A stretch of DNA of 64,000 nucleotides from Hamiltosporidium tvaerminnensis FI-OER-3-3 (GCA_022605425.2 CM061250.1:1054001-1118000); one strand, 5' to 3'; numbered from the stretch's first letter, positions 26,753-38,992 are shown. Notes: generated from the letters alone by a model not told the origin. Numbers and translations: made by a program.

Positions 26753-27258
26753 TCTCCTTATTTTCTTATTTTCAATTTTATTTTTATTTAGAAATTTGTT
26801 TTAAAAGGGGAAGTTTTAAAAGTAACCAATCAGTATCTATTGATAAGAAAATTATAAATAAATAGTTTTTGTATATATAAATATTATATCACTTAATACA
26901 AAATATTATTTGTATTTCAGTTTATAAACTATTGCTATATTAGATGACACCTGTCAAAATTTTTACTCCTTAATTTTTCAATAAATAAGATTTAAAATAC
27001 CTTTATTATAATTACAAACAACCTATAAAATAAGATATATAAATATATAATGAATAGCCCGTGATAAAACCCAGTAATAACCAAACAAATAAATATAATA
27101 TGTACCTTTATTTAAATTATGAACAACCTATTGTTCATCTTTACGATAATTAGCACCCCTTTATAAATTATAGTGTTTATATAAGAAATAACACCCTTTA
27201 GCAAAAGACTTATTTTTACCCTTTTAGCTCTGTATTAACACATCTTCTTTATAAATTT

Positions 27259-27466
27259 AACACACCATATAAGACTATACCCCTCACTAACACCCTATAA
27301 GTAATTCCTCTTTACTAACACCATATAAGTCTATACCCCTCACTAACACCCTATAAGTCTATACAAATTACTAACACCCTATAAGTATATACCCCTCACT
27401 AACACCCTATAAGTATATCCTCTTTACTAACACCCTATAAGTATATCCTCTTTACTAACACCCCCT
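27259..27466 (-). repeat. Minisatellite, 28-bp unit x ~7-8, core CTAACACCC (GGGTGTTAG on - strand)
   Basis: Units aacaccctataagtatatcctctttact / aacaccctataagtatatacccctcact begin right after the stop codon at 27472. Confidence 0.9.
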
Positions 27467-27471
27467 CATAT

Positions 27472-28002
27472 CTATTCTTCTAATTCTTTAATTTTACTTT
27501 GAATATATTCAATATCTAAAGTATAAGGAATGGTATCATTAAAAATAAAAATATCATAAATAAAAGAATCTCTTTGATAAATTAAATTAGAAATATTAAA
27601 ATAATGAGAAAAATAAATATCGTTTACATTTCTATCGATATGAAAGTAACCAACAATAAAAAAATCATAATTAGAAGAAATATAGATTACACGACGTATT
27701 GTATGACATATTGTATCTTCTATCTGTATTTTAATATTTTGCTCATTTAATAGTTTCTTTTGTGTGTAGAAATATCCATCAAATGGTATTTTATTGGATT
27801 TTATAACATAAATTTCTGTTATAGATGGCTTATAAAGACATATATTTTTAAAAAATATATTTTGATTTGAAAATACGTTTTTAAAAATATCAATAGCAGT
27901 AGAAGGAGATATTGGAATTGGATGAGTGCCTATTTTAGAACCAATCATATAGGGGTTGGAATGTGAAATTAAATTTGTAGAAATGTAGATAAATGAATAC
28001 AT
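27472..28002 (-). CDS. Hypothetical protein (176 aa)
   Basis: Long ATG ORF with globular-looking composition inside a housekeeping island; family not recognised. Confidence 0.55.
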   Translation of the reverse strand: MYSFIYISTNLISHSNPYMIGSKIGTHPIPISPSTAIDIFKNVFSNQNIFFKNICLYKPSITEIYVIKSNKIPFDGYFYTQKKLLNEQNIKIQIEDTICHTIRRVIYISSNYDFFIVGYFHIDRNVNDIYFSHYFNISNLIYQRDSFIYDIFIFNDTIPYTLDIEYIQSKIKELEE

Positions 28003-28114
28003 TTTTAATCTATAAAAGAAATTGTAAATATTATTACATTTTATTTACTTCCTATTCTCTGAATATTATTATAGTTGCTTTCTATTTTTGAAGGAAAGTA
28101 TTGGTTTTACATTT

Positions 28115-28340
28115 AGTTAGTATTAAATTTATTTAGTATTAAATTTCTTATGTATTAAATTTCTTATGTATTAAATCACTGTAGTATCTATTTATTTAGT
28201 ATTAAATTTCTGTAGTATTAAATTTATTTAGTATTAAATTTCTTATGGATTAAATTTATTTAGTATTAAATTTCTTTCGTATTAAATCACTGTAGTATCT
28301 ATTTATTTAGTATTAAATTTCTGTAGTATTAAATTTAGTT
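28115..28340. repeat. Imperfect ~16-bp tandem repeat (tagtattaaattt...)
   Basis: gtattaaat recurs more than 10 times with a higher-order duplication (tattaaatcactgtagtatctatttatttagtattaaatttctgtagtattaaattta occurs twice). Confidence 0.85.
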
Positions 28341-29233
28341 GAATGATAAATTATCTATAGAATAAAATTAGTGAAAAATAATTTGAAGTTACAATAAATC
28401 AGAATTACAAGCCAATAAGAAATTAAATTTATCAATTGAAAAGAAAATAAAAACACTAAAAATACTTTAAAAGAATATTTTTTGGTTATAAAAGTTTTAT
28501 ATAAAAGAAGCAAATATATAACAAAAAGAGATGAATTGTATGCAAAAAGGAAGTAATTTTGTATTTAAGAAATATTAAACCCATTAAATAGACATATATT
28601 TTATTTGAGGAAATAAAAATTTAAAAAAAAAGAAAAGTAATGGTTTGTTTAAATATAATTTTTTTTAATTATTATATCTGAAAAATTTAAACTTTTATTT
28701 ATGCATCTATATAATATAGCACGAGTTTGTTTAATAAGTTTGAAATTGTAAATATATTCAATAAATAAAAATTTTATACTTAATTTTTTTATAAATGTAT
28801 AAATAATTTATTTTAACCTTAAATTATTCCACATTTAATATAGGAATATATTTTTTTACTATTTCTATATTTTATAATTAATTTTCTTTTAAAATCTAAA
28901 CAAAAAAATTTAAATTTTCAATTATAAGAATTGTAAATTGTGCTGAAGTTTATATTTTTAGTTTATAAATCTTAATTTTATAGAATTATCTTCATAATAT
29001 TTTAGGTATTCTAAAAATAGAAACAAAACTTGATTTTTTTAAAATACTTTACCTTAATTCTAAATAAATGAAAACAAGGATCGTGTGTCTAATTTAAAGT
29101 AAAATCACAATAAATATTTCAAAAAATGAAAAATCTTGTATTTCGCATATCTAATTAAACTGATAAATTAAAAAATATTTTTTTAATTTAATGTATATAA
29201 ATAAAAATAAATTGAATTGCATGGACATTATGA

Positions 29234-30079
29234 TGTTTAAATAAAGAAAAAGAATTTTCTAATGTTGAGTATAATTGTAATTTATGTGGAAAGAGAAAAA
29301 AAAGTTGTAATTATAAGTCCAATCGTATAAATTTACCTGAAAAATACTGTTTTATAAGATATAGAAGGATTTTATATGTGATATGGATTATATGGTTTAT
29401 AGGAATAAGTGTATTGGGATATTTTATTATCAAACAAAAGAATCGTACTGATATAAAATTAGATACCGACTCTAATCTGATATCTCTATATAACAATTTC
29501 ATAGAAAATATTTCTTTATATAAATATATTTCGATTACGAGAATAGAAATTGATAGAAATACCAAATTAGGTAATTTTAAAACTAAAGAATTCAATGAAA
29601 AATCTTTTTGTATCGTAAATGAATCAGATGTAAAATTTTTAAAGATTTCTAGAAATGGAAATAAAATAGATGAATTTTGTGATGTAAACGATGGATCAAA
29701 TATACATAAATGGAGAAATTTTTACGATCCAAGAGATGGCGCAGACGCCCAAGGCAATCCTGGTAGTATAGGTGTATCCATTTTCAAATATGGTATAATT
29801 TGTCATGTCATATCCCCCAATATAGGAGATATCAATCAAAAAAATATTATAAAAAACGTTTTTTTCGAAATATACACCAAAGTTTATAATTTATCCAAAG
29901 AAAACAACATTTCGACAATAATTTTTCCTATTTTCAACACCAAAACACCAAATTTCCACAAATTAAAATATAAAAATGACAAAAACTCAATTTTATTTTA
30001 CAAGGAAATGTTTAATGGAATTGAAAAATTTATTTCTACTTTAAAAAAAGAAACTCCCAGAGTTATTTTCAATGTATAA
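29234..30079 (+). CDS. Divergent membrane-anchored macrodomain paralog (copy 1); start codon unresolved, possibly a pseudogene
   Basis: TM segment VIWIIWFIGISVLGYFII. CIVNES, FKYGIICHVISP, IIFPIF and VIFNV align with copies 2-4. The frame is open from 29234 but has no in-frame ATG before the TM; the ORF track starts at a GTG (29378). Confidence 0.65.
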   Translation, partial: CLNKEKEFSNVEYNCNLCGKRKKSCNYKSNRINLPEKYCFIRYRRILYVIWIIWFIGISVLGYFIIKQKNRTDIKLDTDSNLISLYNNFIENISLYKYISITRIEIDRNTKLGNFKTKEFNEKSFCIVNESDVKFLKISRNGNKIDEFCDVNDGSNIHKWRNFYDPRDGADAQGNPGSIGVSIFKYGIICHVISPNIGDINQKNIIKNVFFEIYTKVYNLSKENNISTIIFPIFNTKTPNFHKLKYKNDKNSILFYKEMFNGIEKFISTLKKETPRVIFNV

Positions 30080-30488
30080 ACCTCTGTAATGGAACGAAAC
30101 AACCAATAAATGTTTATTAAATAATATTTTACAAAAATTTACATTTTTTAAAACTCTAGATATTTAATTTTTTATTGGTGAAAAATATTTCTATTTCCTC
30201 ATTTAAACTTTTTTTGTTTTCCGTTTACTATTTTATTTCTCTATTTCTCTATTTCTCTATATTTTTCTATTTTTCTATTTTTCTATTTTTATATTCCTCT
30301 ATTTCTCTATTTCTTTATTTTTTTATGTTTCCGTTTACTATCTTATGAATTTTCATATTTTTATATTTTACACACTTTCATATTTCTCTATTTTCATATT
30401 TTCATATTTTCGTATAGACAACTCTTTATTCTTTCAATTCTATTCCTTTACTCCCATTTTTGGTATTCTCTTTAAATTACCCTTTGTA

Positions 30489-31466
30489 ATGACAATTCTT
30501 AAAGAGAAACACATCGAATTCCTTACAAAGGAAACTCAAACTCGAAACTTTCTTTATTTTTCAACAAAACCACTCAGACTAGCAACTATTTACTGGACAG
30601 TCTGTGCACTAAAAATGTTAAAAAAAACTGACATTTTAAAAGAAAAAAGAAATGAAATAATTTCTTACATTCTCAGCTGCCAGAACACAGATAAAGGTTT
30701 TGGTGCTTCTAAAGACTTTCCTTCTACAATTCTCAGTACATTCAACGCTCTTCAAATATTTTATATTTTAGAATATTTATATTTCGATAAAAAAACTATA
30801 AAATATATTTTAAGTAATTTTGACTCATCAGATGGTTCTTTTAAAAACGATACGGGCGGAGAAAAAGACACAAGATTTTCGTGTTGCGCAATACTTTCGT
30901 TACATTTGCTATTTCTGTTCAATAAATACGGAAAATTTGTATTCAAAAAGAAATTAAATCAACCAATAGATTACAAATATATAAAATATTTAGAAGGAAA
31001 AGGATTTAATGTAGAAAAATTCGTTCAAAATATTTTAAACTGTTGTAATCCAGATGGTGGCATCGGTAGCAAACCGGGAAGTGAATCACATGCAGCACAA
31101 ATATTTTGCTGTATTTCTTCTCTTCGTTCTTTAAATCTTATCGATATAATTGATTTAGAAAAAGTTAAAAAATTTTTAATTTTTAGACAAACGGAGAACG
31201 GTGGTTTAAATGGAAGACCAAATAAAAAAGAAGACGTCTGTTACTCTTTCTGGGTATTCTCTTCTCTCGTAATGATAAATTCAGATGATAAAATAGATAA
31301 AAATTCTTTAAAAGAATTTATACTCACTTGTCAATCTGAAGAAGGTGGATTCTCAGATAGGAAAGGACACGAACCAGATATATATCATACAATGTTTGCG
31401 TTAGCTGGTTTATACTTGTTAGGTAATACTGATTTAGAATCAATAGATCCTGGATTTTGTTTATAA
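30489..31466 (+). CDS. BET2: Geranylgeranyl transferase type II (Rab GGTase) beta subunit
   Basis: LRLATIYW, SCQNTDKGFG, GEKDTRFSCCA, NPDGGIGSKPGSESHAAQIFC, GGLNGRPNKKEDVCYSFW, GGFSDRKGHEPDIYHT. The true start is probably MTILKEKH (30489; CCC upstream). Confidence 0.92.
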   Translation: MTILKEKHIEFLTKETQTRNFLYFSTKPLRLATIYWTVCALKMLKKTDILKEKRNEIISYILSCQNTDKGFGASKDFPSTILSTFNALQIFYILEYLYFDKKTIKYILSNFDSSDGSFKNDTGGEKDTRFSCCAILSLHLLFLFNKYGKFVFKKKLNQPIDYKYIKYLEGKGFNVEKFVQNILNCCNPDGGIGSKPGSESHAAQIFCCISSLRSLNLIDIIDLEKVKKFLIFRQTENGGLNGRPNKKEDVCYSFWVFSSLVMINSDDKIDKNSLKEFILTCQSEEGGFSDRKGHEPDIYHTMFALAGLYLLGNTDLESIDPGFCL

Positions 31467-31876
31467 ATTGAATAAAATATTAATTGTATTTCCTTTGAAT
31501 ACTAAATTTCTATTAAATTTTCTTTAGAAAAAAAATCTATTTTGATATTTCGTAAGTCTACAATTATATGATTTTTATATTTTATAAAAATCTACTAGCT
31601 TAAACTAGTTTTGATATTTCGTAAGTCTAAAAGTTTATATGATTTTAATAATCTTAATATCTCATAAGAATTTAAAAAAAATATACTTAATTTAAAAAAT
31701 CTAAAAGTTAAAATATTTCGAATTTATAATCGTTTTATATTCTTTAAAGATATAACAAATTATTTAAAACATATTTAATAAACAGAATTTCGAATAGTCG
31801 CAAGATAACTGAATTAATATTTTCTATTTAAGTGATTTTGAATATTTAAAAAAATTATATTTTTGGTAATTGAGTG

Positions 31877-31936
31877 GAGTAGAAGAAAACGTATAAAAAT
31901 GGTAAAAATATTTTAACCCAGAATTTTATTAAATAA
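31877..31936 (+). mobile_element. ~60-bp 3'-terminal fragment of the non-LTR element
   Basis: gtagaagaaaacgtataaaaatggtaaaaatattttaacccagaattttattaaataa is nearly identical to the reverse complement of 41293..41352. Confidence 0.75.
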
Positions 31937-32431
31937 GTTAATTGATTGGAGATTAAATATTTTTTAAAATATTAAAAAATCACTAAAATAGAAAATATGA
32001 GAATGAAATTTAAAAAAAAAGAATTATAATCTTAATTTCTAGTAAATATTTCTTTTTAAAAATTCAGATTTTAATTATATTTTCACTAAATTTGAAATAA
32101 AATATATATTTATTAAGAAATATGGAATACACAAAATATGGTTGGTTTTAAGAATAAAATTTTTTTTTTAGATATTGATTTACGCGATTCAATGATATGA
32201 GTACGGTTTTGGATTATGAAAGGTTTATAAATCTATAAATTTGTTATAATTACAAATTGTGTAATAATTAATATTGTTTTTAATATACAAAGAAGAAAAA
32301 ATTTTAACAAAAAAGTTTTAAATATTTGAGCCAAAGAACCGTGGATTATGAAATATATAAAAAATGAAAACACATTTTGCAAAAAATTATTATAGAAAAG
32401 ACATATAAACATGGAAGATGTAAAAACTTTT

Positions 32432-33292
32432 TTAATGGCAAAATACATTTATGAATATTTTAATCTCATTTTTATCTGTTTCTGTTATAAAATCTGTAAT
32501 TCCTGAAAAGATTGCAGTTAAAAATTCCGATTTCTTGAAATTTTGACTTGCTTTAATATTACAGTTGAAACTTTCTGAAAATATAGGGAAAACGACCGTG
32601 TTAGCTTCTTTGTATCTGGCGAGGCGCAAAATATCAACATATATACGTTTAATAGCCCCTCTTAGTTCTTTTAAATCTTTAAAACGATTTTCCCTACCAA
32701 CCGAAGAAGCATCAGGAGCTCGAACATGAAATATAAAACCATATTGAAAGCTGGAAATGCCTGATATGGAATCTGCCAAATCTTTGCTATCATCATAATA
32801 CCCATAGTTTTCATCATCGTCTTCATTTTCATCATCATCTTCTTCATGTTTTAGTAATTCAAAGTTTTTCCAAATATCATCGTTTATTCCATCATTAGAT
32901 TCGACCCAACGAGTTATACCTCCATTTAAACCTGATTCCCCTGGTAACAGATCTGAAGAAGCAGAGTTGACAACCACAAGCGACCTTCTAAAATCTTGGT
33001 TTATTAAACCCATGTTTCCTTGTGTTGTATTTTCATCAAATTTAAAATCAAGAATACCGACATTGTACTTTTCTTTGAGAGTTTTTATAAACTCAGTCCT
33101 AATTTTCTTACAAATTATATTATCATCTAAGACATCGTTTTTCTTACTGCCAGAAGATGCAAATATTTCACAAGCCAAAACAATACAAACAAAACAAAGA
33201 ACAATACCAAGTAATACTACAAGTATTAAATTCTTATAATGCTTGATTTTTGAATTTTCAGAGTTCACCAAATTATCGTTTCTAATATTCAT
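32432..33292 (-). CDS. Membrane-anchored macrodomain protein (copy 2) with acidic insertion
   Basis: N-terminal TM LILVVLLGIVLCFVCIVLA; VVVNSASSDLLPGESGLNGGI; HVRAP; VVFPIFS; insertion EEDDDENEDDDENYGYYDD. Confidence 0.85.
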   Translation of the reverse strand: MNIRNDNLVNSENSKIKHYKNLILVVLLGIVLCFVCIVLACEIFASSGSKKNDVLDDNIICKKIRTEFIKTLKEKYNVGILDFKFDENTTQGNMGLINQDFRRSLVVVNSASSDLLPGESGLNGGITRWVESNDGINDDIWKNFELLKHEEDDDENEDDDENYGYYDDSKDLADSISGISSFQYGFIFHVRAPDASSVGRENRFKDLKELRGAIKRIYVDILRLARYKEANTVVFPIFSESFNCNIKASQNFKKSEFLTAIFSGITDFITETDKNEIKIFINVFCH

Positions 33293-34466
33293 TAAAAGCC
33301 GAATTTTTATTTCATTAAAATATTTTTTTATGGATAAAAATGTCTTGTTTTTTTAATTATCAGTTAATTTCTTATCTAATATATTCTTGTGTCACCAAAA
33401 AAAGAAATATTTAGATATTAAAAAATTATATTTCTAGATAAAATTATATAAAATATTTCAAGTAAAATAGAAATAACTATGATGGTTAAACTAAAAAATG
33501 ATTGCTATATTTTATAAAGTTGTCATTTTTAATACAATATTAAGCGAAACACATTGAAAGCTTAAAATTTATTAACAAGTTAATATGCAATTATGAAGCC
33601 AATTAAAACCAAGCTATAAGTTCATAAATGTTCGTTAGATTAATGCCTAATTGTATAACCTTCTTATAGATCAAAAACACAGTCTTTCATATCAAATATT
33701 GCAAAGAAATACTTTGATATTAGATTTTACCCGTACACAAAAAAGCTTATAAAATTAAAGTTACCTTTATGAATGAAGAACAATAATATCCATAATTTTA
33801 TAATTTAATTCTTCTTTGAAAGTAATTTACAGAAAAAAGGAAATTAATTATTCCACATATTGCATCTAATATAATTAAAAGAATAAAATATATTTATTAA
33901 ATTAACTAAATTAAAATTCTTTTCATTCGATAATAAAAGCAAATTAAATATTAAATATTAAATATATTAATTTTAATAAGAAAAGATTCAAAAAAAAATA
34001 AATTAATTTCAAACTATTCCTTTAAATTCTCAAGAACAACGGAATCTATTACATGTGTAAGTTCAAAATAAAAAAAAAACCGTAAGAAACAAACTACAAA
34101 ATATGATAATTAAATTATCCAAGTTTAAAAATATTACAACAATAGAATTCTAAATTTTGCAAATATATTTATGAGTTACTCAATAAAGAATAGTTAACTG
34201 CAAATTTTTACGTGAATATTTTTATTCATTTTTCTTACAAAAGTTAAAATATTTAATTTTTTTAAAAATATTTTCATTTGAATTACTTCTAACGTTTTTT
34301 GTTCATAAAGAACCAAATACATAATTTTAAAATAAAAGAGATTAAAAAATTACATGAGACTGTTAACAGATATACTAATAACAAATCAGAACCAACAATC
34401 ATAATAAAATGTAATAAAAAGGAAATTAATATATAAATTCGAAGGACACATACTTTACTTAACTTT

Positions 34467-35288
34467 CTAGATATTGAAATATACCTTAATATTCTTAAAC
34501 TCGGTCTTTTCAATAAATTTTTTTACTGCATTTTGAATTGCACAGAGAAACTCTGATTTTTTAAATCCTACTTTAGAATTCGACTGACAAAATAAATCAC
34601 CAGAAATTACTGAAAAAATTATATGACTGCATTCGTAATCATTTGCCATTCTAAGGCAGTTTTTATAAGCATTCGTCAACAATTCTGTGACTTCAGATAA
34701 GTTTTTGCATTGCTGCGGGTTTCCAACCAGTGAACCCTGTGGACCAATGACATGAAGTAGAATTCCACCATTGAAACGTGAATACGCAGCAAGACCAAGT
34801 TTTTTTGTACCTTCTGTCTGGCCTTCAGCACACGCGGTCAAATTATTCCAAACTTCACTGCTACCATTCTTAGACAAACCTTCCCTTTCTCTAACCCACA
34901 CCGTAATACCTTTATTCAAGCCGCCCAATCCCGGTAGCAGTTCCGGATTTGCTGCATTCACAATAGCCAAATGTGTAACAGCTTCATCAGTAAGACCCAT
35001 ACCAGCATAACTAAGACCGGTATCAAATCTAAATTTCAAAATATTAATTTTTTTTTGTCCTTGCAGGTAAGTCACAAATTCTTCTTGCATTTTACTACAA
35101 ACCTTTTCATCTGACAATATATTTTCTTGGCTTGTATTTTTCGTGTTTTCATTCTTATTCTTTTCTTTGAATAGCTTAACACCAATCAAGAGAAGCGTAG
35201 ACGCAAGCAAAAGGCAAATTAAAACTGCTGCTATATATTTTAAATTCCTATTTCTAACTTTATTCGTATCCTCAGAATTATTTGCCAT
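34467..35288 (-). CDS. Membrane-anchored macrodomain (MacroD-type, ADP-ribose-binding/hydrolase) protein (copy 3)
   Basis: TM YIAAVLICLLLASTLLLIGV; AIVNAANPELLPGLGGLNKGI; HVIGP; LTNAYKNCLRMA; IIFSVISGDLF. GGG directly precedes the ATG. Confidence 0.9.
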   Translation of the reverse strand: MANNSEDTNKVRNRNLKYIAAVLICLLLASTLLLIGVKLFKEKNKNENTKNTSQENILSDEKVCSKMQEEFVTYLQGQKKINILKFRFDTGLSYAGMGLTDEAVTHLAIVNAANPELLPGLGGLNKGITVWVREREGLSKNGSSEVWNNLTACAEGQTEGTKKLGLAAYSRFNGGILLHVIGPQGSLVGNPQQCKNLSEVTELLTNAYKNCLRMANDYECSHIIFSVISGDLFCQSNSKVGFKKSEFLCAIQNAVKKFIEKTEFKNIKVYFNI

Positions 35289-35807
35289 CCCTATACATAA
35301 ATTTTATATATTTATGTAATTTCATTGATAAAAATGTATTCCAAATATATTTAAAATACATTAAATATTTAATCGATTGATAAAAATGGAATATTAAGAG
35401 TAAATTAATTAAAAGCAATATAATATTAATAAATATATTTTATTTAACTTAACTAAAAAGTTCCAAAGAACAACAATAGAATTTATATCGAATGCTAGTA
35501 TTTATAAAACAATATAACTAAAAAAAATATTTTATAATTAAATCAATAATGATTCAAATAAAAGACTCAGTAAAAAAATTAATTAGTATTAACAAATTAA
35601 ATATTTGTGGAAGTAAAATAAATAAGCCAATAACTATCTTATTGTCAATGCTTTAATAAACTTGATGAGCTAATTGTTGTTTAAATTTTAGAGCGAGATA
35701 AAACTGCATTAATTTTGATTTTTCTGTGAGAATTTGTATAAAAAGAGAAAGTCTACAAAAGTCGCGTCATTTTTTCTTAAAAGTTGATAATTAATTGGTT
35801 ATTTTTC

Positions 35808-35972
35808 GATTAGAGACTGCAACTATACATGTAGAAAATTGGCATTTTAGGCAAGGTAGTTTAATCGTGGTTGTAGAATTTAAAGACTTAGAGCTAATGA
35901 GAAAAAACCTCTACAAAACCAGTAAAAGTAAGAAGCTAATTATACATGTTTTTATGACATTTCGAGGTCTGT
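35808..35972 (+). repeat. Old diverged copy of the middle of the dispersed element (~39200-39375)
   Basis: gactgcaactatacatgtagaaaattggcat vs gaccgcagctgaacatgtaggtaattgccat; aagacttagagc vs aagacttagcgc; ttatacatgtttttatgacatt vs ttatacctgttggtatgacatt. Confidence 0.6.
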
Positions 35973-36399
35973 ATGTAAGTTATATAAAGGCTAAGATATA
36001 TACTAGCCGCTGTCTATTCCTTATACCAGCATTTTAAATCGGAATAATGAGGTCTTAGTAGAGTTAACTAGGCAAGTTTTGCCTACAATAAACATAACGG
36101 GTAAAGAAATACACAAACATCAAAGTATTTCCTCGACAGAAATTGATTCTACACAGCTTTGTGATATAAGGCTGATATATGAATAATTTAAGTGATGCGG
36201 ATGGAATTAGACGTTGTGATCACCTATAAAAAATCGCAGAGCTGAGTAAGTGTCATAAAAGCAATATATATACCTTATCGTTACAAAAAAAGATTTTGGT
36301 TCTCAAAAAATCAACTCAAACGAAATTACATGACCAACCCTCTGAAGCATAATTTCTTTTATCGCTAAGAATGAGTATAAATTTAAAAGAAACAAAAAA

Positions 36400-38000
36400 C
36401 TTTCCATGAATAATTCATATTTAATTTATTCTTCACTAACGACGGAATACGTAACGTATGTTGAATATTTTTTTTAATAAATCATAGGTTATATTTTTGA
36501 CACTGGATAAATTTCTAAATATTATTTATTGTTACCAATCAGGCAAGCTCATGACGTTTAAGCTGTTGCAATTTCTTTCTGAATAAAATTATTTGCTGTA
36601 AAAAATTCTTGTGAATATAAAAAAGCCATGGTTTTGAACAAATCCCCAAAGTATTTGATTTTCAAGAAGCCTGCGTACCTGATTCAAGAAGGAAAAAAAT
36701 TAAAAACTTTAATTTCGGCCATTAGTTGTGCATATAGACAGCAAAAGTTGAATAGTAGTCATGTGACAAAGATCTTTTGGCTTGGGTTAAACACTAATAT
36801 TTTTCCGAACGAAAGTTCTAAGCTTTAACAGGTGAGAAAAATGCACTAAGGCTGTGTCTGGTGAAATATCGGCTATTCAAAACGCATGAAAAAATCTATG
36901 ACACATGAATTAGTGCAATAGAGCCTCTGATTAGTAAATGATCAAGCCTTGACAAAATTCAGCAGCCCTTTATATCTTACAATTGCATCGGAACTTTTTA
37001 AAGCAACCAAACTGACGAATTTATACATTAATACTATCCGAAAATATCACATGCGAAGAGATCAACCAAAAATATTTCGCGAAATAAATTATCCCATTTC
37101 TTTTTATAAGATGTCTGAATTCACTCTTAGAACTAAAATTTTTTTAAAAAAGCGAAATATTTCGATAAATGAGAAAATAAGTACTAAAAATCTAATCATA
37201 TTTTTGATCATAATAAGCAATTCTATACAAAAAGATCATTTTAGGCAACATTTAAAAAAGTACATTATTCTTCATTTAATATAGAATTTGAGATATGTAA
37301 AAGAAATTACTGAGATAAGAGGCATAGTAGAATGACAGCTTCAAATTCAAATTGAATAAATACATTGAGAAATAGAAAATTGAACAGGTAATCCGACGCA
37401 TATATATTTTAGTTTTAAAAGTAGCGTCTAATAAGAGTTAAAAAACCTTTTTGACCCAAAATAAGTGAGGAAGCTGCATTTCGAGCAATTTTTGAACATG
37501 ATATGTTCTTAATCAATATAATATCAAACATTTCGAGGAAATCGCATATCTATGAGCCATATATGAAACATTTATGAAGCTTTGGCTAAAAATAAGATCT
37601 ATCATAAAAATGATAAAAAAATACTATGATTATATAGATCAACACGAAATAAGCTTTAATAATGCGAAATTTCGAGGATATTGCTCTGAATTCTTAGAAT
37701 TCTTTTAATTAAAATAAATAAATATCCTTGTAACAGTAAGAAACATACAAATCGAAACTGTTTATTAAACTATATCGAGCCTAAAAAGGTATAAGTTAAG
37801 TGAAATACATGAAAATGTTCAAATATTGAATTCAATATACAAAATAGAATAGAAAAACTTATTTGAGAGTCATTATAATATTATAAAAAACTAGTGACTA
37901 ATTTGATTTTTTGTAAAAAGAGCAGTGTAATACAATATCTGATCCGGGTAAGAAAAAAAGTTCGGTTTATTCGGAATAGAAATGCATTTTTAATTCTCCA
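36400..38000 (+). mobile_element. Decayed Ty3/Gypsy RT-RNase H remnant
   Basis: KFSSPLYLTIAS resembles DFxKPFxLxTDAS; YPISFY resembles PIAFYS; KIFWLG resembles the RT xxFLG motif. The order is correct but the region is fragmented; boundaries approximate. Confidence 0.4.
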
Positions 38001-38992
38001 AAAGTTCCAAAAATTGAATAAATATGCTTAAACGTAGCGTCCTTATTAAAAAAAGTTGGAGAAATACTCAAAGAGAGATATAAAAAAAATTATTGATCAA
38101 TCTATTTATTCATTTTTATTAAAACAACAGTAAAATACAAACACTAAACAAATAGAGATCGCTCTGCTCAAATAATCCTCGAAATATGAGTGTGTATAAG
38201 TGAATTAGAAACTTTGGTTTTGTTCATCTGATATTCGAAAAGATATCCATATAGATCTATTTTAGACAAAATATAAATATAATAGCGCTTAATTAAGTCA
38301 TTTTTTAGGAGAAGATCTCTGCAGAATATTAAAAAAAACCAATCAAATATAACCTATTAGCAATGTGATTGGATTCTATTTTAAGGCTTAATGTAATTTA
38401 AATTTTATCTTATCATCTGAAAAATCTTTATAAAATCATAACTAAGAATTAATGTACGTGCTACAGTACAATTAGAAGTATTCATAGAGGCAAAAATACT
38501 GTAAAAACAACCATTCTCAGTTAAAAACTCCAGAATAAAACCTGCATTAAAAATGAATTCAAAATATAGTCAGAATAGAGCATTAATAGGATGCATACAA
38601 AAAACCGAACGTACAAAAAAACTTGTATTGCATATGCCTCCCTTCGAATATGAAAAGGGTAAGCAAACAAACACCAACATAAATAAACCCATAAGCGTAG
38701 AAAAAAGCCAAAATAAAAACATGATTTAGAATATAAAAAATAGAAAAATAAAAACGACGGAGAATCGAACGGTAAAGAAGTATCACATAGTGCAGGTATA
38801 ATCAAAATACATAATATTAAATAAATATTTTTTTTACTATAACATGCGACTAAACTTATAGATTTTTTTAAATTCAAGTTTATTAGTTCTTTTTTTATAT
38901 TACTTAGGATTTAATTCTTAAACATGTTTTTTGCTATTTCATCTCGAATTTACAAATAGAATAAGAAAATGAAAAATATAAAATTTTTATGT

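Noticed and set aside
30345-30488. Hydrophobic N-terminal extension of BET2
   Set aside because: It is encoded by T-rich low-complexity upstream DNA; family similarity and the CCC motif begin at ATG 30489.
38521-38877. Hydrophobic ORFs as a membrane protein gene
   Set aside because: TTG starts, overlapping frames and T-rich bias; at best a decayed pseudogene that I cannot assign.
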